A stretch of 59,001 nucleotides of DNA from the sequence record SRR16203515_2205. One strand, given 5' to 3'. A model generated the notes under the pieces. It did no database searches. It was given only the letters and a program-made list of their open reading frames with translations, and was not told the DNA's origin. Both the position numbers and the translations under genes were made by a program. This document shows, in pieces, positions 12,129 through 20,773 of this stretch. How positions within the stretch are numbered: position 1 is the first letter of the stretch; the number at the start of each line of letters is the position of its first letter.

Positions 12129-12521
12129 ATGGCAGATAACGAATTTGATTGGTACGGGCCTGAAACCTCGACATTCGGTGATCGCGTGTGCGCGGCACGC
12201 GAACAGGCGGGAATGTCGCAAAAGCAATTAGCCAAACGACTGGGTGTGAAACATTCGACCATCATTTCGTGGGAACAGGACTTATCAGAACCGCGTGCAA
12301 ATCGACTTTCTATGTTGTCAGGCATTCTGAATGTGTCGTTTAGTTGGCTTCTGACAGGGGAAGGCGAAGGCGTTGGCTCGCCAGATGAGCACTCTGAATT
12401 GACGCCAGAGATTTCAGACATCTTGATTGAAATTCGTGATCTTAAAGCCTCATTGGTCAAAAGCGCAGATCGTCTGGGACGTCTGGAAAAGAAACTTCGC
12501 ACCAAACTGAAAGAAAGCTGA
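12129..12521 (+). CDS. XRE-family HTH transcriptional regulator with C-terminal coiled coil
   Basis: GMSQKQLAKRLGV...WEQDLSEPRANRL...WLLTGEG. Confidence 0.85.
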   Translation: MADNEFDWYGPETSTFGDRVCAAREQAGMSQKQLAKRLGVKHSTIISWEQDLSEPRANRLSMLSGILNVSFSWLLTGEGEGVGSPDEHSELTPEISDILIEIRDLKASLVKSADRLGRLEKKLRTKLKES

Positions 12522-12781
12522 TGGAACCGCGCGAACACAAAATCAAACGTTTGGCCATGCGCTCTATGCGCCGCGGGATCAAAGAAATGGATTTGATTTT
12601 GATGCACTATGCTGAGGATAAATTGTCTGGCATGAGTGATGATGCATTGGATCATTATGATGCGCTGCTGAATGAAAATGACCAGGACCTGTATCAATGG
12701 TGTTCAGGACAGGTTCCACCAGTGAGTGAATTCGCCGATCTGATCGCGGATATCAAGGTTCACATCGCCCAACGTTTTTAA
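12521..12781 (+). CDS. sdhE: Succinate dehydrogenase assembly factor SdhE/Sdh5
   Basis: RSMRRGIKEMDLIL (RGxxE motif), DQDLYQW; TGATG coupling to the upstream gene. Confidence 0.9.
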   Translation: MEPREHKIKRLAMRSMRRGIKEMDLILMHYAEDKLSGMSDDALDHYDALLNENDQDLYQWCSGQVPPVSEFADLIADIKVHIAQRF

Positions 12782-12852
12782 CGTTCAAAATTTTAACTTT
12801 ATCTTCGAAAATATAGCGCAGTTTCGGCACAGTAATTGTGTCGGAGGTGACG

Positions 12853-13350
12853 ATGAATAGTATTAACCCGTTCTGGCAAAACACCGAAACCTCGGTGGCC
12901 CAACAGTATTTGGATGCGCTGTCTTTGATTGAACGTCTGCACCGTTTGCTGTTGGATGTGATCAAGGATGAATTTGAACGATTGGGTGTTTTGGAAATCA
13001 ACGCGGTTCAAGCATTGCTATTGTTCAATATCGGTGAAAACGAAGTGACGGCGGGTGAGCTGAAGTCGCGCGGATATTATCAGGGCAGCAACGTTAGCTA
13101 TAATTTAAAAAAGCTGGTCGATTTGGGATATATGCATGATCAGCGTTGTGAAATGGATCGGCGATCCGTTCGCGTGAAACTGACTGCCAAGGGGCGGGAT
13201 ATCAAAGATACGCTGTCGCAGTTATTTGTGAAACACGCCGACATCTTGGAAACCCGCGAGGATTTATCATCTCAGCATGTTGATACGATCACCAAGGGGC
13301 TAAAATCGTTAGAGCGTTTTTGGACCGATCAAATCCGCTATATCTACTAA
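12853..13350 (+). CDS. ldtR: MarR-family regulator, LdtR-like
   Basis: ERLHRLLLDVIKDEF, INAVQALLLFNIG, RGYYQGSNVSYNLKKL, DQIRYIY. Confidence 0.8.
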   Translation: MNSINPFWQNTETSVAQQYLDALSLIERLHRLLLDVIKDEFERLGVLEINAVQALLLFNIGENEVTAGELKSRGYYQGSNVSYNLKKLVDLGYMHDQRCEMDRRSVRVKLTAKGRDIKDTLSQLFVKHADILETREDLSSQHVDTITKGLKSLERFWTDQIRYIY

Positions 13351-13359
13351 AGCTTGTTT

Positions 13360-13388
13360 GGCTGGCCTTTTGGGCCAGCCTTCATTTT
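13360..13388. terminator. Hairpin terminator between convergent ldtR and gloA
   Basis: GGCTGGCC-ttttg-GGCCAGCC followed by ttcatttt. Confidence 0.65.
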
Positions 13389-13394
13389 GCGGCC

Positions 13395-13823
13395 TTACCA
13401 GTGCCCAATATTTTCCATAGACGTCCAAGGTTCCGCAGGTTCAAGCGCATCGCCCATCTGCAAAAGTTCGATTGAAATATTGTCAGGTGAACGCACAAAT
13501 GCCATACGACCATCACGCGGCGGGCGATTAATTGTGACGCCATTGTCGATCAGGTGTTGGCACATATCGTAGATATTTTCGACCTCGTAGGCCAAGTGGC
13601 CGAAATGACGACTATCACTTGGCAGGCCATCATCGCCATCCCAATTATAGGTCAGCTCAACTGGACAATCTTCTTGGCCTTCTGGGGCCATGAAGATCAA
13701 AGTAAAGCGGCCTTGTTCACTATCGTAATGGCGCGTTTTCTTAAGCCCCAATAGCTCAAAAAAGGCTTGTGATTTTTCAAGATCCTTCACGCGGACCATT
13801 GTGTGTAAATATCGGATTTGCAT
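13395..13823 (-). CDS. gloA: Lactoylglutathione lyase (glyoxalase I, VOC family)
   Basis: YLHTMVRVKDL, ELTYNW, FGHLAY, RPPRDG, SPDNISIEL. Confidence 0.85.
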   Translation of the reverse strand: MQIRYLHTMVRVKDLEKSQAFFELLGLKKTRHYDSEQGRFTLIFMAPEGQEDCPVELTYNWDGDDGLPSDSRHFGHLAYEVENIYDMCQHLIDNGVTINRPPRDGRMAFVRSPDNISIELLQMGDALEPAEPWTSMENIGHW

Positions 13824-13865
13824 AAAATTCCTCGTATGTTTTTAGAATTTATGGCAGGTTCCGAT

Positions 13866-14980
13866 CTAAAATAAAACACCAGCTTCTTCGTATTGGTCGA
13901 TTTCACCATCATACGTGCCGTTTTGTGAATTCATAAACTGCGTTGGATCTTGTGACGTCAATGTGATAACGCCCGCACCTTCGGAAATAAGACCGCCCGC
14001 ATTTGTGGACAATATTCCGTAAACAGCCCCAGTTTCAAAAGTGCTTTCGCCAAGGTCAGTTTCGAATTCCGTCGTGAACTCTCCGTTTAAATCCATCCCG
14101 CTTTCGACGACAAAACGAATTGTGTCTGGAAGGCTGACTTCATAAACTGTGGTCCCTTCCAAAGACTGTCCCGTTACCATTGAGTACCTGGTTCTGTTGT
14201 TCATTCTGAATTGTGTTGAGCGCGAGTCGTTTGGGTCTTGAAGGTCCACTTCAAAAAATAACTTCGCGATCACATATTCCCCGTCTGTTGTTCTCTTTTT
14301 GGTACGCAGGCCAAGGAATTCGCCCGTCATCGAAATCTGACCTTCTTCTACAGGCGCAAATGTCACAAGAATATTACTTTCATCGAATTATTCACGTTGA
14401 TACTTATACCCCTTCAAAGTGTCGGTGACATTGAACACATGGTGAACGACGACATAACCAAGAGCGCCCGATGTAGACGTTCCCGCGATTGCGAAAGAAC
14501 CGTTTTGCGGAATGCTCTGAGAATTTTGCGGGTCAGTTACGGTGAATGGTGCGGCATATACATCTTGCGTACCAAAACCGCCAAAATTTGTGACCTTCGT
14601 GTGCGAATCACTTGCCGTACCATCAAATCCGAGATTATCGATGTACAGGACTTCGTTGCCATTTTCGACGGCATAACGCACATCCCCAACACCACCGAAA
14701 GTGCGGATGATTGAATTATTTTCGGACGTGACGTTCACAACGGAATTGCCATCTGGCGGCGTTGCACCACCAAATGAAATGGATGTTACGGTAATTTTGA
14801 TGTCTCTGTGTTACCTGAACCATCGGTGTTATCTGTCGTACCCATGTTATTGTTGGATGCTTCGTCAGTCGTCGCAGTGTTTGAATCGGCTGGATTGTCA
14901 AAGGGATTGGTGCCTGCACCACCGCCACAGGATGCGACAAACATCGCGATACAAATTGGTCCTAAGATATTACGCATCAC
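13866..14980 (-). pseudogene. Disrupted secreted lipoprotein gene (about 371 aa if repaired)
   Basis: Three consecutive ORFs join into one frame with one added base near 14795-14798 and read-through of the in-frame TAA at 14388-14390. Lipobox VASC followed by GGGAGTNPF. Confidence 0.75.
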
Positions 14981-15106
14981 CGCTTTGCCTTTTTAGGTAT
15001 GAAAAAAACATTGCAATGCTGAACAATCAATAAGGATATAAAAATATATATAAGTATTGATCAATTTGTGGTGGATTAGTGCATATCGCGGTTTGCATGC
15101 CGATCA

Positions 15107-15122
15107 TCCCAAGATATAGTAA
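15107..15122. promoter_or_regulatory. Putative NrdR box upstream of thyX
   Basis: TCCCAAGATATAGTAA matches the NrdR core CwAnATaTwG. Confidence 0.55.
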
Positions 15123-15152
15123 CAGCACTAACCCCAAATGGAGTCGCCCAAT

Positions 15153-16061
15153 ATGTCCCTGTCCCCCGAACAACTGGCCGAAATCGAACAGCTGCGCGAA
15201 CAGCGTTCATCAACTCTTCGCGCAGTAAGTGACGGTATGGAGGGGCATCTTTACACGGCCTATCCTGTTTTGGATCACGGATTTGTTCGTGTCATTGACT
15301 ACATGGGCGATGATGCCGCAATTTGCCAAGCCGCGCGCGTAAGCTACGGCAAGGGCACCAAGTCGGTTCAAAACGACGAAGGTTTGATCCGCTATTTGAT
15401 GCGTCATTGGCATTCGACACCGTTTGAAATGTGCGAAATTAAACTGCACGTAAAATTACCCGTTTTCGTTGCGCGTCAGTGGATTCGCCACCGCACAGCG
15501 AATGTGAACGAATATTCTGCACGTTACTCTATTTTAGACCGTGAATTTTATATTCCGGCCCCTGAACACGTCGCGGCGCAGTCTGTTGTGAATAATCAGG
15601 GTCGGGGCGATATCCTCACAGGGGAAGAGGCTGCGCGTGTTTTGGAAATCCTAAAGGCGGACAGCGCACGTGCCTATGATAACTATGAAAGCATGATTTC
15701 ACAGGACGGTCAGCAGGGATTGGCGCGTGAATTGGCGCGGATGAACCTGCCTGCCAATATTTATACACAATGGTATTGGAAGGTGGATTTGCATAACCTG
15801 TTGCATTTCCTCCGCTTGCGTGCAGATGCACATGCCCAGTACGAAATCCGTATTTATGCAGAAGAGATGTGCAAAATCGTGGCCGATTGGGTGCCCTTCG
15901 CCTACCGCGCGTTCGAAGATTACCGCATGGGCGGCGCCACCCTGTCCAGCGGCGCGTTGGACTGTGTCCGTCGTATGATCAAGGGCGAAGAGGTTACACA
16001 AGAAAACTCTGGCATGTCCGCAGGGGAATGGCGCGAATTCCAAACAGTTTTGAACGGTTAG
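15153..16061 (+). CDS. thyX: FAD-dependent thymidylate synthase
   Basis: [31 protein letters not shown]. An alternative start lies at 15138. Confidence 0.96.
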   Translation: MSLSPEQLAEIEQLREQRSSTLRAVSDGMEGHLYTAYPVLDHGFVRVIDYMGDDAAICQAARVSYGKGTKSVQNDEGLIRYLMRHWHSTPFEMCEIKLHVKLPVFVARQWIRHRTANVNEYSARYSILDREFYIPAPEHVAAQSVVNNQGRGDILTGEEAARVLEILKADSARAYDNYESMISQDGQQGLARELARMNLPANIYTQWYWKVDLHNLLHFLRLRADAHAQYEIRIYAEEMCKIVADWVPFAYRAFEDYRMGGATLSSGALDCVRRMIKGEEVTQENSGMSAGEWREFQTVLNG

Positions 16062-16345
16062 TCGGTTTTAACGTCGACTTCTTGGGTCAACCGACCGTTT
16101 AAATCAAAGATCAGGATTTTGTTTTCATCGGTCACCACCGCAAACCAATCTTGGGTTTGGGTATAAGATACGGCAATTGTTCCAGCGGGCAGGATGATCT
16201 GATCTGGGATCGCAAGGGTGGGTTGATTTAATCTAATGACAAGCAGTGCTGCGATGAGTACAACACCAACAATCATGACCACGGTCAATACAGTCACCAG
16301 TTGACGCAAAAAACGCAAGCCGGGCGGAAGTTCAAAGTCTTCCAT
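16058..16345 (-). CDS. Small membrane-anchored protein (DUF6476-like)
   Basis: [20 protein letters not shown] helix, WFAVVT...ILIFD; usual divergent neighbour of rluD. Start uncertain. Confidence 0.7.
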   Translation of the reverse strand: MEDFELPPGLRFLRQLVTVLTVVMIVGVVLIAALLVIRLNQPTLAIPDQIILPAGTIAVSYTQTQDWFAVVTDENKILIFDLNGRLTQEVDVKTD

Positions 16346-16355
16346 AGGGGATTTC

Positions 16356-17378
16356 ATGTCGTCATTCATTGTTTCGTTCCAAATTCAAGCTGACCCGCCT
16401 AAACGTCTTGATAAAGCGCTTTCGCGCGATGTTCCAGAGGACGCTGATATTTCGCGATCACAGATTGTACGCTTTCTGGAAAAGGGCGCGGTGCGTGTGG
16501 ATGGCGTGGTTCAATCAGATGTGAAAGCCAAAGTTGCAGAAGGGCAATTGGTTGAAATTACCGTACCAGAGGCAGTCGCAACCGAAACACTGGCCCAAAA
16601 CATCCCGTTGGATGTAATTTATGAAGATACTGATTTGATTGTGGTGAATAAACCTGCGGGCATGGTGGTGCATCCCGCGCCTGGATCGCCCGATCAAACC
16701 TTGGTCAATGCGTTGTTATATCATTGCGCTGATACATTGTCGGGCATCGGTGGAGAACGCCGCCCAGGTATCGTGCATCGCATTGATAAGGATACCAGCG
16801 GGCTATTGGTTGTCGCCAAAAATGATCAGGCGCATCATGGCCTTGCCGCCCAGTTTGAAGCTCATTCGGTAGAACGCTATTACCGCGCCCTATGTTACGG
16901 GATCCCCGATGCAAATGATCCGCGCTTGCGCGGCGTCCGTGGGGTCAATTTTGAACAAGGCAATATTATGAAGGTGTCAACGCACCTTGCGCGGCACAAA
17001 ACTGACCGCCAGCGTCAGGCCGTGTTATTCGAAGGGGGGCGCCACGCCGTAACACGTGTGCGGATCGTGGAGCGTTATGGAACGCCTGAAATCTTGGCAC
17101 AGGTTGAATGTTGGTTGGAAACGGGGCGCACCCATCAGATCCGTGTGCATATGGCGCATGCGGGGCATGGATTAATCGGCGATCCAGTTTATGGAGGCCG
17201 TCGCAAGTTGGCCCAAAAAGCATTTTCACCCGAGGCATTGGGTGCAATTTCTGGGTTCAACCGACAGGCATTGCATGCAGCACTATTGGGATTTGAACAT
17301 CCCGTCACTGGTGAAAGTTTGCGGTTTGAAGCACCACTGCCTGAGGATTTTGAAACATTAATCAATCACATTTCATAA
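16356..17378 (+). CDS. rluD: 23S rRNA pseudouridine synthase RluD
   Basis: S4 domain, VNKPAGMVVHP, IVHRIDKDTSG, ETGRTHQIRVH, QALHA. Confidence 0.92.
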   Translation: MSSFIVSFQIQADPPKRLDKALSRDVPEDADISRSQIVRFLEKGAVRVDGVVQSDVKAKVAEGQLVEITVPEAVATETLAQNIPLDVIYEDTDLIVVNKPAGMVVHPAPGSPDQTLVNALLYHCADTLSGIGGERRPGIVHRIDKDTSGLLVVAKNDQAHHGLAAQFEAHSVERYYRALCYGIPDANDPRLRGVRGVNFEQGNIMKVSTHLARHKTDRQRQAVLFEGGRHAVTRVRIVERYGTPEILAQVECWLETGRTHQIRVHMAHAGHGLIGDPVYGGRRKLAQKAFSPEALGAISGFNRQALHAALLGFEHPVTGESLRFEAPLPEDFETLINHIS

Positions 17379-17450
17379 TCTGAAATAGCATCCACACTAA
17401 AAAGTGAACTTTTCAGTACAGTACTATCTTGAAATGGGTCAAATGACTTC

Positions 17451-17466
17451 TTAACTTGATGTTAAC
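17451..17466 (+). promoter_or_regulatory. CtrA-type box upstream of rpoH
   Basis: TTAA-cttgatg-TTAAC, an exact TTAA-N7-TTAAC. Confidence 0.55.
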
Positions 17467-17488
17467 AAGGTAAACATCAGGGAATGTC

Positions 17489-18385
17489 ATGAGCAATTAT
17501 GCAAATCTACCAGCGCCAACTCCCGAAGGGGGGGTGAGCCGTTATATGCAGGAAATTCGTAAATTTCCGATGCTGGATCCAGAAGAAGAATATATGTTGG
17601 CCAAACGCTGGGTCGAAGAACAAGACACCCAAGCGGCACATAAAATGGTAACATCACACCTGCGATTGGCGGCCAAAATTGCGATGGGATATCGCGGATA
17701 TGGACTGCCTCAGGCTGAGGTTATTTCCGAGGCAAACGTGGGCCTGATGCAGGCTGTAAAACGCTTTGACCCTGAAAAGGGGTTCCGTTTGGCAACCTAT
17801 GCCATGTGGTGGATCCGCGCGAGTATTCAGGAATATATCCTGCGTAGTTGGTCCTTGGTAAAGATGGGAACGACCAGCGCACAGAAAAAGTTGTTCTTTA
17901 ACTTACGCAAGGCAAAATCACGGATCGGTGCATTAGAAGAAGGTGATTTACGTCCTGAAAACGTTGCGCGAATCGCAAATGATTTGGCCGTGACAGAGGA
18001 TGAAGTCATCTCAATGAATCGCCGCATGTCTGGCGGTGATGCGTCCCTAAATGCGATGGTGTCAAACGATGGCGAAGGCGCGATGGAGTGGCAGGATTGG
18101 TTAGAGGATGAAGACGCAGACCAAGCAGGCGATTACGAAGAACGCAATGAAATGGAACTGCGTCGTGAGTTGCTGTTTGCGGCAATGTCGGCTCTTAATG
18201 ATCGAGAATGCGATATTTTGACCAAACGTCGGCTGTCTGAACCTGTGTCCACATTAGAAGAGCTAAGCGCGGAATATAGCGTTTCGCGCGAACGGATTCG
18301 CCAAATTGAAGTGCGCGCATTTGAAAAACTACAATTGCGCATGCGGGAATTGGCGGTTGAACGTGGCATGCTGAACGCCGCTTAA
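17489..18385 (+). CDS. rpoH: RNA polymerase sigma factor sigma-32 (RpoH1-type)
   Basis: RpoH box QKKLFFNLR, YILRSWSLVKMGTT, VSRERIRQIE. Confidence 0.95.
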   Translation: MSNYANLPAPTPEGGVSRYMQEIRKFPMLDPEEEYMLAKRWVEEQDTQAAHKMVTSHLRLAAKIAMGYRGYGLPQAEVISEANVGLMQAVKRFDPEKGFRLATYAMWWIRASIQEYILRSWSLVKMGTTSAQKKLFFNLRKAKSRIGALEEGDLRPENVARIANDLAVTEDEVISMNRRMSGGDASLNAMVSNDGEGAMEWQDWLEDEDADQAGDYEERNEMELRRELLFAAMSALNDRECDILTKRRLSEPVSTLEELSAEYSVSRERIRQIEVRAFEKLQLRMRELAVERGMLNAA

Positions 18386-18413
18386 TCCATCTTGGAAAAA
18401 TAAATTTCTCGGG

Positions 18414-18445
18414 ATACCCTTTCGAAAAAATCGAAAGGGTATTTT
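18414..18445 (+). terminator. 12-bp hairpin downstream of rpoH, overlapping the next gene's RBS
   Basis: ATACCCTTTCGA-aaaaa-TCGAAAGGGTAT-ttt-ATG. Confidence 0.6.
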
Positions 18446-19417
18446 ATGACTAAACCATTACGCTGGGGTATTCTGGGGGCTGCAAAATTTGCACGCGAGC
18501 ATATGGCTCCTGCGATGATGTTGGCCAAAGATACGGAATTGGCGGCCCTTGCAACATCGTCTACGGATAAGGCTGCCGCATTTACGTCGCTTCACCCATC
18601 GTTGCAGAGACACAGTGATTATGATGCTTTACTGAACGATCCGACGATTGATGCCGTTTACATTCCTTTGCCCAACCACCTGCATGTTGAATGGGTTAAA
18701 CGTGCAGTTGAAGCAGGAAAACATGTTCTATGTGAGAAACCAATTGCGATGCAGGCGGACGAAATTGACGAACTGATTACGTTGCGCGACCGCGCTGGGG
18801 TGTTGGTGGCAGAGGCGTATATGATCGTTCACCACCCCCAATGGCATTATGCGAAAGAGCTGGTTGATGCGGGGGAAATCGGAACCGTGCAGCAAATTGA
18901 TACAGTGTTTTCCTATAACAATGCCGCAGACACGGGGAATATCCGCAACCGTGCTGAAACGGGGGGCGGGGGTCTGCGTGATATCGGTGTTTATACCCTT
19001 GGGTGCGCGCGTTATGTGATGGGGGCCGAGTTTGACGCGTTTCACCACGTTGATTTACAGTTAGAAAACGATGTGGATGTTTGGGCAGGTGTTACAGGAC
19101 GCATCGCAGATGTGCGCTATCATGGTGTCACATCCATGCGGATGGCATTGCGACAGTCTGTTAATATTCAGGGCGATCAGGGTGTGATCACATTGACGGC
19201 CCCGTTTAATCCAGGCGTCTATTCCCAGGCCGAGGTTCATGTGTCCAAGGGTGATATGACAGTGAAAACCAAACGCTTTCCAACGGCCAATCATTATGTT
19301 CATCAGTTGGAAAATTTCGAAAACTCTGTAACACATGGTGTTGCGTATCCATGCCCGCTTGAATTTTCGCGCGGAACGCAATCAACGTTGGACAGAATTT
19401 TTGAAATGGCCAAATAA
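18446..19417 (+). CDS. Gfo/Idh/MocA family oxidoreductase
   Basis: LRWGILGAA, DAVYIPLPNHLH, GKHVLCEKP, GGGGLRDIG. Confidence 0.9.
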   Translation: MTKPLRWGILGAAKFAREHMAPAMMLAKDTELAALATSSTDKAAAFTSLHPSLQRHSDYDALLNDPTIDAVYIPLPNHLHVEWVKRAVEAGKHVLCEKPIAMQADEIDELITLRDRAGVLVAEAYMIVHHPQWHYAKELVDAGEIGTVQQIDTVFSYNNAADTGNIRNRAETGGGGLRDIGVYTLGCARYVMGAEFDAFHHVDLQLENDVDVWAGVTGRIADVRYHGVTSMRMALRQSVNIQGDQGVITLTAPFNPGVYSQAEVHVSKGDMTVKTKRFPTANHYVHQLENFENSVTHGVAYPCPLEFSRGTQSTLDRIFEMAK

Positions 19418-19429
19418 GGGCGCAGGCCC

Positions 19430-20662
19430 TTATTTGTTATTTTTGTCGATGAACTTAAGGACAAGGGGGCGGATGTTATTCCGCCAGCTTTTCCCAGCGA
19501 AAATACCATAATGTCCCGCGCCTGGTTCAAGGTAGTGGGATTTTTTGTTTTTGGCCAAGCCTGTGCATAAATCCAATGCTGCCACACATTGACCGGGTGC
19601 CGAGATATCGTCCTCTTCCCCTTCGACGGTCATCACAGCGACGGTAGTGATTTTTGAAATATCAATTTTGTGACCGTCCACGGTAAATTTGTTCAACGCA
19701 ATTTCGCGATTTTTGAAAACGCGATCCACGGTTGAAAGATAAAATTCGGCCGTCATATCCATTACGGCCAAATATTCATCATAAAATTCGTTGTGTTTGT
19801 CGTGATCACTTGCCTCACCACGTGCGACGCGCATGATCTGTTCGTTAAACGCCTTGGAATGAGTTTCAGCGTTCATCGACATGAACGATGTCAGCTGCAA
19901 TAGACCAGGATATACCGACCGCCCAACACCTGCGTATTTAAATCCCACGCGTTGAATCATAGTTTGTTCCAATTGGCCCATGGTGATGCGATGTCCGAAA
20001 TCTGTAACATCTGTCGGCGCGGCATCTGGATCAATTGGCCCACCGATAAGTGTTAGACTGCGTGGCTGTGCCTCTGGGTGCAGTTCTGCCAAATAGGCTG
20101 TCGCGGCCAATGTCAGTGGCGCGGGTTGGCAAACTGCGATAACATGCGTATCAGGACCCAGTTCCATCATGAAGTCCATTAGGTATCGGGTATAATCCTC
20201 AACATCGAATTTGCCTGCGGAAACAGGTATATCGCGTGCGTTGTGCCAGTCTGTGACATAAACTTCGCAATCTGGAATAAGACTTTTGACGGTTTTGCGC
20301 AGCAAGGTTGCATAGTGCCCCGACATTGGGGCCACCAACATAACCTTGCGCGGGGCCGCTTCACGCTCGGCAACTTCAAAATGTATCAAATCTCCGAAGG
20401 GGCGTTCGATAACCGTTTTAACGTTCACAACGTGATCGCGCCCATCCTGACAGGTGAACGAATCCAATCCCCAGTCTGGTTTGACAACCATTCGTTCGAA
20501 CGACCGCTCGGTCACTTCGCCCCATGCTGCCATCCATTGAACGAACGGATTAGGAACCATTGCGAATGCTGGGTAGGAGGCGAAACTCTTCGCGGTTGCC
20601 CCCATCCATTGATTTGTATTTCGCATGGTTTCCATGATGTCATAACTTGCCATATGGCGCAT
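19430..20662 (-). CDS. phaZ: Intracellular polyhydroxyalkanoate depolymerase
   Basis: APMSGHYATLLR, AVCQP, EGEEDDIS, GHYGIF; divergent from phaC. Confidence 0.93.
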   Translation of the reverse strand: MRHMASYDIMETMRNTNQWMGATAKSFASYPAFAMVPNPFVQWMAAWGEVTERSFERMVVKPDWGLDSFTCQDGRDHVVNVKTVIERPFGDLIHFEVAEREAAPRKVMLVAPMSGHYATLLRKTVKSLIPDCEVYVTDWHNARDIPVSAGKFDVEDYTRYLMDFMMELGPDTHVIAVCQPAPLTLAATAYLAELHPEAQPRSLTLIGGPIDPDAAPTDVTDFGHRITMGQLEQTMIQRVGFKYAGVGRSVYPGLLQLTSFMSMNAETHSKAFNEQIMRVARGEASDHDKHNEFYDEYLAVMDMTAEFYLSTVDRVFKNREIALNKFTVDGHKIDISKITTVAVMTVEGEEDDISAPGQCVAALDLCTGLAKNKKSHYLEPGAGHYGIFAGKSWRNNIRPLVLKFIDKNNK

Positions 20663-20738
20663 GGGATCGTCCTTGTTCCTGCCTCTTTCCGTCGCACATA
20701 TTGAACGGGTCTTGGACAACGCGATCAAAATTGTTATG

Positions 20739-20749
20739 CTGCATAGCAG
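20739..20749. promoter_or_regulatory. PhaR-type operator between phaZ and phaC
   Basis: CTGC-ata-GCAG (CTGC-N3-4-GCAG). Confidence 0.65.
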
Positions 20750-20773
20750 AAAGAATAAGTGGAAATTTTTGAA

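Noticed and set aside
12778..12797. CtrA box upstream of ldtR
   Set aside because: The TTAAC half-sites are 11 nt apart, not 7.
14786..14800. Programmed frameshift or phase variation in the lipoprotein gene
   Set aside because: The A4 run is too short for a phase-variable tract or slippery heptamer, and a second independent lesion (TAA) favours decay or sequence error.
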